From assembly GCA_045613625.1 (NCBI GenBank), contig JAZLBI010000132.1, positions 1 through 58,042 of the forward strand: a stretch of 58,042 nucleotides of DNA, in the 5' to 3' direction. This document shows positions 28,348-36,608 of the stretch, in pieces (position 1 is the first letter of the stretch; every line of letters begins with the position of its first letter). A program made the translations under genes and the position numbers. Source of the DNA: Acutalibacteraceae bacterium (lineage in GTDB: Bacteria; Bacillota; Clostridia; Oscillospirales; Acutalibacteraceae). The notes under the pieces are model-generated. The model was given only the letters and a program-made list of their open reading frames with translations. It was not told the DNA's origin and ran no database searches.

Positions 28348-29810
28348 TAATCTTTCCCCGTTTTAATCGTGTTTTTTAAATTGCTTATCTCGTTTTTACA
28401 TCCGTTTCTTGTTAAATCCTGATATGAGAAAACAACAAAGCCGCCGTAGTTTGAATTTTTTTGAATGCATTCAGCCTGACGGGTGAGAATATCGCTGTTT
28501 TCCTGCCATTCTTTTTTGCCTTTTCCCGCATAGTTATCTGCTGTGTTGCATTTATATGCCGCAATGCCGCAGATAAGCTTTATATCGGGATTCCTCGGCA
28601 GATTTCCCCATTGAGCGAGAAGCTTTTTAAAATCGTGGGTTTCGTGCTCAAAGCCGAAATAAATCTGCGGAATAATAATATCCGCATATCCCTTTTTTGA
28701 AAGCCAGAGCTTAACATCGGCATAAAGCTTGTTTTCGTTTTCATCAAGCTTTGCGGAAGGGCTTATGCTGACTGTGAGCGAGTTGTTATATGATTTTACG
28801 GTTGAATACAAAGCCGAAACGAATGAGTTCACATTTGCCTTGCGCCATTCGGAAAGGCTGAGTTTCCCGCCTTCGGATTTATATTCGGAATATTGAATTT
28901 TGTCAACCTTTTCATCGGTTGAAGGGTAAAAATAATCGTCTATATGTATACCGTCTATGTCGTATTTTGTTATTATTTCACGAACGCCGTCGAGGATTCT
29001 TGCGTGGTTTTCGGTGCACGAAGGATTATAATAAATCCCGTTTGAAAGAATGCATATTTCTCCGTTTTCGTTGCCCGCATCAATAATCTTTTTGGCGGGG
29101 TTGCTGTTGCTGAGAAGTGAAACATCTTTTTTGGTTGAAACCCTGAACGGATTTATCCAGCCGTGAACCGATATGCCGTATTTGTTTGCGCTTTCAAGCA
29201 AAACTTCAAACGGGTCAAATGAAAGAGCAGCGCCTTCTTTGCCTGCAATATAAGCCGAATACGGATAAATATCCGATTCATAAAAAGCATCGGAAAAGGC
29301 TCTCAGATGAACAAATGCCGTGTTGAGACCGCAGTCCCTGATGTTTCGGAACATTTCGTGGGTTGTTGCTTTGTATTGAGCGCGGGTTTTGCCCGCGGCG
29401 CTTGTATAATCGTAGCACGAAATCCAGATTCCGCGAAGCTCGTTTTCGACCGAAGGTGCTTTTGTTGTTGAAACGGTTGTTTTAACCGTTGTCGCCTTGG
29501 TTGTTGCGGGTTTCCCGGTTGTCTGTTTGGCGGTTATTTTTTCTGACGGTTTAGCAGAGGAAACCGTTGAACTGTTTTTCGTTGAATGAACAGCAGATGA
29601 TAAAACGGTTGCCGCAACACCCGAGCTTGCGGTTGTTGAGCTCTCGTTTTCGGCTTCGGTGCAAACGGGTTCGGAGTCTTCTTCAAAAAATTCCGAAACG
29701 GTTGCAGGCACGGGAACCGTTGTGAAATCATATGAGTATTCTGATTTTTTCAGTTGACACGACGGCAGTAAAAGACATATAATCATTATGAGAGGAATGA
29801 TTTTTTTCAT
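28347..29810 (-). CDS. GHL10 (DUF187, YddW/YngK-like) glycoside hydrolase lipoprotein
   Basis: Lipobox LLPSC, S/T/K linker, ELRGIWI, GLNTAFVHLR, HGWINPFR, YDIDGIHIDDYFYP, PQIYF; start ATG 29810. Confidence 0.88.
   Translation of the reverse strand: MKKIIPLIMIICLLLPSCQLKKSEYSYDFTTVPVPATVSEFFEEDSEPVCTEAENESSTTASSGVAATVLSSAVHSTKNSSTVSSAKPSEKITAKQTTGKPATTKATTVKTTVSTTKAPSVENELRGIWISCYDYTSAAGKTRAQYKATTHEMFRNIRDCGLNTAFVHLRAFSDAFYESDIYPYSAYIAGKEGAALSFDPFEVLLESANKYGISVHGWINPFRVSTKKDVSLLSNSNPAKKIIDAGNENGEICILSNGIYYNPSCTENHARILDGVREIITKYDIDGIHIDDYFYPSTDEKVDKIQYSEYKSEGGKLSLSEWRKANVNSFVSALYSTVKSYNNSLTVSISPSAKLDENENKLYADVKLWLSKKGYADIIIPQIYFGFEHETHDFKKLLAQWGNLPRNPDIKLICGIAAYKCNTADNYAGKGKKEWQENSDILTRQAECIQKNSNYGGFVVFSYQDLTRNGCKNEISNLKNTIKTGKD
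29754..29783 (+). promoter_or_regulatory. sigmaA promoter inside the antisense strand of the GHL10 gene, pointing to DUF1294 gene
   Basis: TTGACA-N18-TATAAT, both hexamers perfect. Confidence 0.6.
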
Positions 29811-29835
29811 AGCGTTCAGTCCTTTCACTGCAAGT

Positions 29836-29862
29836 ATATATGTAAAGGAATGTTGAATATGC
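29836..29862 (-). promoter_or_regulatory. Candidate sigmaE-like promoter for GHL10-amidase operon
   Basis: Minus strand GCATATT-N13-CATATAT, upstream of AAAGGA SD. Confidence 0.45.
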
Positions 29863-30137
29863 CGCAATTTTCTGATTTTATAATGGTTTATATGTTTGCG
29901 ATAAGTCTTGCCGCAGTTATAATTACGGTTTACGATAAAAACGCGGCAAAGAAAAAGAGAAAAAAGAAAAGAGTGCCCGAATCAACGCTGATGCTTATCG
30001 GGCTTTTCGGCGGAGCGTTGCCGATGTATGTTACGATGAGGCTGATTCGTCATAAAACGAAACATAAAAAGTTTATGATAGGTCTGCCGCTTGAAATTAT
30101 TCTTCACGCGGTGATTGCATTTGTATATTTCTTTTAA
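29850..30137 (+). CDS. DUF1294 (YsdA-like) small membrane protein
   Basis: YDK..AK....RVPE.TL......GG......M...RHKTKH.KF; true start may be ATG 29859. Confidence 0.85.
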   Translation: MLNMPQFSDFIMVYMFAISLAAVIITVYDKNAAKKKRKKKRVPESTLMLIGLFGGALPMYVTMRLIRHKTKHKKFMIGLPLEIILHAVIAFVYFF

Positions 30138-30140
30138 AGC

Positions 30141-30163
30141 ACGGGCGGAATTAATCCGCCCGT
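30141..30163. terminator. Bidirectional terminator
   Basis: ACGGGCGGA-ATTAA-TCCGCCCGT. Confidence 0.75.
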
Positions 30164-30171
30164 TTTGCATT

Positions 30172-31086
30172 TTAAAGAGTGCTTAAATCATAAGGTGTGC
30201 GCTGATAAACAAAATAGTTGAGCCAGTTTGTGAAAAGAAGATTTGCCGTTCCTCTCCAGGTTATGGGAGGAATCATATTCGGGTCATCATCAGGGAAATA
30301 ATTGAATGGAACTTTTATTTCAAGACCCTTGTTGACATCTCTGAAATACTCCTTCGCAAGAGTTTCTCTGTCATATTCAGAATGACCCGTTGCATAGAAG
30401 TTTCTGCATTCCATATCCGATATGAGGTGAACACCCGCTTGCTCCGAATATGAAATAATCTGCAAATCCTTAACAAGAGCAATATCGCTCATCTTGTTTC
30501 TTGTGTGTCTTGAATGAGGCACATAGAATTTTTCGTCAAGACCTCTCATAAGAGGATGATACGGGTCAAGGCATTTGTGGGGGAACACGCCGAAAAGTTT
30601 CTCTTCAAGCGGATATTTGGGTATTCCGTAATGATAGTAAAGCGCTGCCTGAGCACCCCAGCATATGTGGAAGGTTGAATAAACATTCTTTTTGCTCCAC
30701 TCAAAAATCCCGCAGAGCTCGTCCCAATAGTCAACCTCTTCAAATTCAAGGTTTTCAACGGGTGCACCCGTAACGATGAGACCGTCGTATTTTTTATCGC
30801 AGATTTCATCGAATGTTTTATAGAATTTGAGCATGTGCTCCTGAGAGGTGTTTTTTGATTTATGGGATTTAACCTGAAGAAGCTCAACCTCAACCTGAAG
30901 AGGGGAGTTGCTCAATAATCTGAGCAACTGAGTTTCGGTTTCGATTTTGGTTGGCATAAGATTGAGTATGAGTATGTTAAGAGGGCGGATATCCTGAGAA
31001 ACAGCTCTGTCCTCTGTCATAACAAATATGTTTTCGCTTTCCAGCGCTTTGTGTGCGGGAAGCTCGTTTGCTATTTTGATGGGCAT
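30172..31086 (-). CDS. metA: Homoserine O-acyltransferase MetA, probably acetyl-CoA dependent
   Basis: MPIKI, QDIRPL, NLMP, TGAPVE, ICWGAQA, GHSEY. Confidence 0.95.
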   Translation of the reverse strand: MPIKIANELPAHKALESENIFVMTEDRAVSQDIRPLNILILNLMPTKIETETQLLRLLSNSPLQVEVELLQVKSHKSKNTSQEHMLKFYKTFDEICDKKYDGLIVTGAPVENLEFEEVDYWDELCGIFEWSKKNVYSTFHICWGAQAALYYHYGIPKYPLEEKLFGVFPHKCLDPYHPLMRGLDEKFYVPHSRHTRNKMSDIALVKDLQIISYSEQAGVHLISDMECRNFYATGHSEYDRETLAKEYFRDVNKGLEIKVPFNYFPDDDPNMIPPITWRGTANLLFTNWLNYFVYQRTPYDLSTL

Positions 31087-31108
31087 TGAATCACCTTATT
31101 TTTTGATA

Positions 31109-31732
31109 CTATATTTTGAGAATTTTTTTGTTTGCTGTGAGAAGCGCTTTTGAAACTGCGGATGCAATAACAAAGCAGGCAACAACTTCAACCGCACCGT
31201 TAAGACCGACAAACCAAGCGAAAAAGCTTACGATGTTTGTTGCGGCGGATTGACCGTAGAGGTTTGCAAACATATCTGTTTTGCCGAAAAGCAGAATAAA
31301 AGAGCCGACGAAAAGCAGAGTGTTGAGAAGCGGACAGCAGATGCTTGAAATTGCACAGGGAAGAGAATTGCCTTTTGTTTTTGACGATATTCCCTTGAAA
31401 ATCAGACCTGTGAGCCATCCTTCAAGAATTCTCGGGATAACGCAGATAATGAAAGTGAAAATCGGGTTTATTCCGAAAAGTGCAGTGCCGAATGCGCTCA
31501 TTCCGAAGCATTGCCAGAAGCTCGTAAGGCCGAAAACCGCTCCGCATACCGCCCCGGCAGAAGGACCGAGTACGGTTGCCGCGATGGCAACGGGAATAAC
31601 ATTCAGCGTTATTTCGATAACGCCGATTTTGATGTATCCGATGCTTGTGAAGCCGAAAATAAGCAGCAGTGCAACAAGCACGGAAAGCTGGGTCAGGCGC
31701 AGCGTGCGCCCAAGGTTTTTGTTTTTTGACAT
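31109..31732 (-). CDS. ECF transporter S component, PanT-like (pantothenate)
   Basis: GYI......T...IPV, G..FG..S, PRIL.G, NTLL motifs; directly downstream of coaX; start ATG 31732. Confidence 0.8.
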   Translation of the reverse strand: MSKNKNLGRTLRLTQLSVLVALLLIFGFTSIGYIKIGVIEITLNVIPVAIAATVLGPSAGAVCGAVFGLTSFWQCFGMSAFGTALFGINPIFTFIICVIPRILEGWLTGLIFKGISSKTKGNSLPCAISSICCPLLNTLLFVGSFILLFGKTDMFANLYGQSAATNIVSFFAWFVGLNGAVEVVACFVIASAVSKALLTANKKILKI

Positions 31733-31746
31733 AATATATTTCCTCC

Positions 31747-31780
31747 TTGCTGTTACTCCGATGAATCGGATGCAACGCAA
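31747..31780 (-). ncRNA. pan-motif-like cis-regulatory hairpin with two bulged adenosines
   Basis: UUGC-GUUGC-[A]-UCCGA-UUCA-UCGGA-GUAAC-[A]-GCAA immediately 5' of the panT SD. Confidence 0.6.
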
Positions 31781-31808
31781 AATTTAGCATAGATAGTAAT
31801 ATCAAAAA

Positions 31809-32579
31809 TTATTTTTTGTTTTTTTCATAAAGAACTTTGAGCCCGTAATGGATAAGCTCGCCGTTATAAACGATATCTCTTTTGCAGCTTTTGATAAGGT
31901 CTTTTGCAAGGCCGCCCGTAGCAACGGTTGACATAACCTTTTCGCCGAGCTCTTCTTCAAGCTTTTCGCAAAGACCGTCAATCATAGCGGCATAGCCGAA
32001 AACAGTTCCCGATTGCATTGAGTCAACGGTGTTTCTGCCAATGGCGTTTTTGGGGGTTTTGAGGCTGATGCTGGGGAGCTGGGATGTTCTTGCCGAAAGA
32101 GCATCAAGAGAAATGCCGATGCCCGGAGTGATTGTGCAGCCGCGGAAGGCGCCGTTTTTATCTATAACGCTGATTTTGCTTGCCGTTCCGAGGTCAACAA
32201 CAAGGCAGGGAAGGGGGTATAGCGCCGATGCGCCGATACAGCCCGCAAGCAAATCCGCGCCGAGCTGAGCGGGGTTATCAATCAGAATGTTCATTCCTGT
32301 TTTTATTCCGGGGCCGAGAAGCATCGGTTTGCAGTCTGTCAGTTTTTCAACTGCCTCACCGATTGCCGAAGACAATTCGGGAACAACGCTGCTGATTGCC
32401 GCACCGTGAAAGCTGCTCAGCGGTGTGTTGTAAAGCGAGAAAATCTGTTTGAATTCAATGGCGTATTGGTCGGGCGTTTTTGACCTGTCTGTAGCAATGC
32501 GCGAAACAAAAGCAAGGTCGTTTTCGTTATAGACACCCATTGTTATATTAGTGTTTCCGATGTCAATTGTAAGAAGCAT
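31809..32579 (-). CDS. coaX: Type III pantothenate kinase
   Basis: LTIDIGNTN, ISSVVP, LGAD, VDLGTA, IG.NT..SMQSG, ATGG. Confidence 0.95.
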   Translation of the reverse strand: MLLTIDIGNTNITMGVYNENDLAFVSRIATDRSKTPDQYAIEFKQIFSLYNTPLSSFHGAAISSVVPELSSAIGEAVEKLTDCKPMLLGPGIKTGMNILIDNPAQLGADLLAGCIGASALYPLPCLVVDLGTASKISVIDKNGAFRGCTITPGIGISLDALSARTSQLPSISLKTPKNAIGRNTVDSMQSGTVFGYAAMIDGLCEKLEEELGEKVMSTVATGGLAKDLIKSCKRDIVYNGELIHYGLKVLYEKNKK

Positions 32580-32688
32580 TGAATCACCCCTATTTTACAT
32601 TCCGTATCATTATACACTATATTATAAAATAATGCAATGCTTGTAAATATAAAATATTATTGTATAATAAATAATAAAACAAGAGGGG

Positions 32689-33576
32689 GTGTGTGATCTG
32701 AAATGTTTTATTTGTCCGCGCGAGTGCGGAGCGCAGCGTGAAAGCGAAAAAGGGCTATGCGGCGCGGGAAACAAAATAAAAGTTGCAAGAGCTGCGCCTC
32801 ATCATTGGGAAGAGCCTTGTCTGAGCGGAACAAACGGTTCGGGAACGGTTTTCTTTTCAGGTTGCAATCTCGGATGCGTATTTTGTCAGAATTATGATGT
32901 GAGCCACCGTGCGTTCGGTATGGAGGTCAGCGAAAAACATCTGATGAAGGTTTTTGATGCGTTGATTGAAAAAGATGTTCATAATCTTAATCTTGTAACG
33001 CCCACTCATTACGCACCGATGCTTGCGAAGGTTTTGAAAGAGTATAATTCACCTGTTCCCGTTATCTATAATTCTTCGGGCTATGAAAAGGCAGAAACGC
33101 TGAAAATGCTGGAAGGCCTTATTGATATATACCTTCCCGATATAAAATATTTTGACGATGCGCCTGCGCTGAAATATTCGGGAGCAGAGGATTATTTTGA
33201 ATATGCATCGTCTGCCGTGCTTGAAATGCACCGCCAGGTCGGCACGGTTGAGCTTGATGAAAACGGTCTTGCAAAACGCGGTGTTATCATCAGACATATG
33301 GTTTTGCCAGGCAACATTTCTCAGGCGGTCAAGGTTTTTGAATGGGTCAGGGATAATCTTCCGATTGAAACATATATAAGCGTTATGAGACAGTATACTC
33401 CTTTCGGAAAAGCAAAGGAAATTCCGCCCGTAAACAGAAAGCTGTCATCGAGAGAATATTCTGTTGTGAAACAAAAAATACTCGCAATGGGCTTTGAAAA
33501 CTGTTATTTTCAGAGCGGTGAATCCGCTCAGGAAAGTTTTATTCCAAATTTTAGTTTGGAAGGTGTTGACCTTTAA
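32689..33576 (+). CDS. Radical SAM protein, PflX-like
   Basis: C..CPR.C N-terminus, H.WEEP.LSG..GSG.VFF.GCNLGCVFCQN, IYLPDIKY, IRH.VLPG; start uncertain (GTG 32689 or CTG 32698). Confidence 0.88.
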   Translation: MCDLKCFICPRECGAQRESEKGLCGAGNKIKVARAAPHHWEEPCLSGTNGSGTVFFSGCNLGCVFCQNYDVSHRAFGMEVSEKHLMKVFDALIEKDVHNLNLVTPTHYAPMLAKVLKEYNSPVPVIYNSSGYEKAETLKMLEGLIDIYLPDIKYFDDAPALKYSGAEDYFEYASSAVLEMHRQVGTVELDENGLAKRGVIIRHMVLPGNISQAVKVFEWVRDNLPIETYISVMRQYTPFGKAKEIPPVNRKLSSREYSVVKQKILAMGFENCYFQSGESAQESFIPNFSLEGVDL

Positions 33577-33631
33577 TAAAAAAAGTGTTAAATTATAATA
33601 AATAAACAAATTAACGGAGGTTTATGTAAAA

Positions 33632-34105
33632 ATGAAAGGATTTTTCGGAGAATTCAAGAAATTTATTATGAGAGGCAATGTTATTGATCTTGCAGTCGGT
33701 GTTATCATCGGCGGCGCATTTCAGGCAATTGTCACCTCACTTGTTAATGATATCATTATGCCCCTTATCGGCCTTGCAACAAACGGTATTGATTTTGTGA
33801 ATAAGTATATTGCTCTCGGAGATATTCCCGCAGATCTTGGCGCACAGCCCACTCTCGCTCAGCTTAAGGATGCAGGCATTGCAGTAATCGCTTACGGCAG
33901 CTTTATCAATGCGGTTATCAACTTCATCATTATGGCTTTTGTTATTTTCTGTATCGTCAGAACAATTAACAAGGTCGCAGAAAAAGCATCAAAGAAAGAG
34001 GTTGAAGAAGCTCCCGCAGAGCCCACAACAAAAACTTGCCCCTATTGCAAGAGCGAAATTGCAATTGAGGCAACAAGATGCCCCAACTGCACATCAGAGC
34101 TTTAA
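33632..34105 (+). CDS. mscL: Large-conductance mechanosensitive channel with C-terminal zinc ribbon
   Basis: EFKKFIMRGNVIDLAVGVIIGGAF, YGSFINAVINF; tail CPYC...CPNC. Confidence 0.95.
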   Translation: MKGFFGEFKKFIMRGNVIDLAVGVIIGGAFQAIVTSLVNDIIMPLIGLATNGIDFVNKYIALGDIPADLGAQPTLAQLKDAGIAVIAYGSFINAVINFIIMAFVIFCIVRTINKVAEKASKKEVEEAPAEPTTKTCPYCKSEIAIEATRCPNCTSEL

Positions 34106-34113
34106 TGCTCAAT

Positions 34114-34152
34114 GCGGCACAAAGCTCGTTATGACGCTTTGTGCCGTTTTTT
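34114..34152 (+). terminator. Intrinsic terminator between mscL and proC
   Basis: GCGGCACAAAGC...GCTTTGTGCCGT followed by T run. Confidence 0.7.
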
Positions 34153-34168
34153 AAATAAGGAGTTATTT

Positions 34169-34978
34169 ATGAAATTAGGATTTATCGGAACGGGCAACCT
34201 TGCAAGCGCAATTCTCAGAGGAGTTGTTGCTGCGGGTAAAATAAAGCCCGAAGGAATTTTAATTTATGATATATTTACAGAGAAGGTAACTCAGCTTGCC
34301 TCAGAGCTTGGCGTTAATGCGGCAGAAAGTGCGGTTCAGATTGCGTCTGAATGCGAAAATGTTGTTATTGCCGTGAAACCCAAGGATTTTGCTTCTCTTG
34401 CAGACGGAATAAAAAACGAAATCAAGTCAAAGAATTCTCTTGTTATTTCAACTGCGGCAGGCACTGAGATCTCAAAGATAACATCATATTTCGGTTTCAA
34501 TGCCAAAATAGTTCGTATTATGCCCAATCTTAATGCGGCGGCAGGGGAATCAATGACGGCTTTCTGTGTTTCGTCACTTGTTTCGGATGAAGAAAGATCG
34601 TTTGCAAATGAATTCTGCTCCTGCTTCGGCAAATGCGTTGAGCTTGAAGAAAAATATTTTTCTGCGTTTACCGCTCTTGCAGGCTCTGCACCCGCTTTTG
34701 CATTTATGTTTGCTGATGCTCTCGCAAATGCGGGCGTAAAATACGGGATTCCCGCCAAAATCTCAAGAGAGATTGCCGCACAGATGCTTTTCGGCTCTGC
34801 AAAGCTGATGCTTGAGAGCCCTCTTGCTCTCGGTCAGCTTATTGCAAATGTCTGCTCACCCGGCGGAACAACAATCGAAGGTGTATGCAGCCTCAAAGAA
34901 ACAGGCTTTGAATCTTCGGTTATAACAGCGGTTGATAAAACCGTTGAAAAAGATAAAATGATGAATGCTTCAAAGTAA
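34169..34978 (+). CDS. proC: Pyrroline-5-carboxylate reductase
   Basis: LGFIGTGNL, AVKP, RIMPN, GSAPAF, VCSPGGTTIEG; start ATG 34169. Confidence 0.95.
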   Translation: MKLGFIGTGNLASAILRGVVAAGKIKPEGILIYDIFTEKVTQLASELGVNAAESAVQIASECENVVIAVKPKDFASLADGIKNEIKSKNSLVISTAAGTEISKITSYFGFNAKIVRIMPNLNAAAGESMTAFCVSSLVSDEERSFANEFCSCFGKCVELEEKYFSAFTALAGSAPAFAFMFADALANAGVKYGIPAKISREIAAQMLFGSAKLMLESPLALGQLIANVCSPGGTTIEGVCSLKETGFESSVITAVDKTVEKDKMMNASK

Positions 34979-34990
34979 AGAGGTGTTTTT

Positions 34991-36607
34991 ATGGAAGTTT
35001 TGCTTTTGAGTTCGCTCGAAAAGGTTTTTGCCGATGAAAAACCGTTGGCTCCGAGATACGGAAGCTTTTCAATGCTCAAAAATGAACGTGTTTCGTTTCA
35101 AACAGCGTTCTGTTGCGAAAAAAGTTCGGCTGTAACCGTTGAATTAAACGGAAGCCTTGCAAAAAAAACAAAAACATTTTTTGTTAAAGATGTTCCCGTA
35201 GGAACTGCTTGCAACGAAAATTCCGATGATTTTTTCCTTCGCAAAACATCGGGGGATTATCCCGATTGCCTTGTTCCCGTTGACGGCGAAATAAAGGTTG
35301 AAGGCGGAAAGTGGCACAGCATATGGTTTGAAGTTTCTCCCGATGGCGAAACGGGCGAAAGTGAGCTTTCCGTTAAAATAAAAACAGCAGATGAAGAGAG
35401 CTGCGATACGGTTAAAATCGATGTTATCGATGCTTCACTTCCCGAGCAGGAACTTATTTATACAAACTGGTTCCACGCAGACTGCCTTTGCAATTATTAC
35501 GGCGTTGAACCCTTCAGCGATGAATTCTGGCGCATATGCAGAAATTTTGTCAAAACAGCGGTTGACCACGGAATGAACTGCATTCTGACCCCTGTTTTTA
35601 CCCCTCCGCTTGACACAAGAGTGGGCGGAGAAAGAAGAACGGTTCAGCTTGTTAAAATTCGTCACAGCGGCGGAAAATATTTCTTCGATTTCTCAAATTT
35701 CAGAAAATGGGTTTCAATCTGCCGTGAATGCGGAATAAAATATTTTGAAATCAATCATTTCTTCACCCAGTGGGGTGCAAAGCACGCTCCGAAAATTGTT
35801 GCTCTTGACCGAAAGGGAAGAGAAAAGAAGATTTTCGGTTGGTTTACCCGCACTTCAAGCAAGGCTTACGATGAATTTCTTCGTCAGTTTGCGGCGGCAT
35901 TCATCAAGGTTGCCGAAAGTGAAGGGATAAAAGATAAATGTTTCCTTCATGTTTCTGATGAACCCAATGAAAAACAGCTTGAAACTTATGCAAAAAGAGC
36001 AAAGCTCATTGAGAATTTATTCCCCGGATTCAAAGTTATAGATGCACTTTCGGATTATGAATATTATCAGAAGGGTGCGGTAAAACATCCGATTCCCTGC
36101 GAAGACAGCATAAATGATTTCATCGGCAATGTTCCCGAATTATGGGCTTATTATTGCTGCGGTCAGGATCATTCATATCTGCCGAACAGATTTATCGCGA
36201 TGCCTTCACTCAGAAACAGAGTGCTCGGTATGATACTTTATAAATATGATGTTAAGGGTTTCCTTCAGTGGGGCTATAACTTCTATAATCTTCAGTATTC
36301 GGTCAAGGCGATTGACCCTTACAAAATAACCGACGCAGGCGGTTCGTTCCCTTCGGGAGATTCATTTATGGTTTATCCTTCACCCAATGGCGAGGCATAC
36401 GAATCTCTCCGTCTTAAAGTTTTGCACAGCGGTTTTGAAGATATGCGTGCGCTCAGGCTGCTTGAAAGCAAAATCGGCAGAGAAAAGGTGCTTGAATTTA
36501 TTGATAAGGATTTGTTCAAGCCGCTCACATTTATGGAATACCCCCACGAAAATGATTGGCTTATCGAAATGCGAGAGGCAATCAATATGAAAATCAAGGA
36601 GAACTGA
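34991..36607 (+). CDS. DUF4091 / GH123-related putative beta-N-acetylgalactosaminidase
   Basis: TNWFH.D, HFFTQWGA, SDEP (DE pair), WAYYCC, GFLQWGYNF, F.SGD...VYP, SLRL. Confidence 0.7.
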   Translation: MEVLLLSSLEKVFADEKPLAPRYGSFSMLKNERVSFQTAFCCEKSSAVTVELNGSLAKKTKTFFVKDVPVGTACNENSDDFFLRKTSGDYPDCLVPVDGEIKVEGGKWHSIWFEVSPDGETGESELSVKIKTADEESCDTVKIDVIDASLPEQELIYTNWFHADCLCNYYGVEPFSDEFWRICRNFVKTAVDHGMNCILTPVFTPPLDTRVGGERRTVQLVKIRHSGGKYFFDFSNFRKWVSICRECGIKYFEINHFFTQWGAKHAPKIVALDRKGREKKIFGWFTRTSSKAYDEFLRQFAAAFIKVAESEGIKDKCFLHVSDEPNEKQLETYAKRAKLIENLFPGFKVIDALSDYEYYQKGAVKHPIPCEDSINDFIGNVPELWAYYCCGQDHSYLPNRFIAMPSLRNRVLGMILYKYDVKGFLQWGYNFYNLQYSVKAIDPYKITDAGGSFPSGDSFMVYPSPNGEAYESLRLKVLHSGFEDMRALRLLESKIGREKVLEFIDKDLFKPLTFMEYPHENDWLIEMREAINMKIKEN

Positions 36608-36608
36608 T

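Noticed and set aside
32689-33576. True pyruvate formate-lyase activase
   Set aside because: Motifs match the PflX-like family and no glycyl-radical enzyme is nearby
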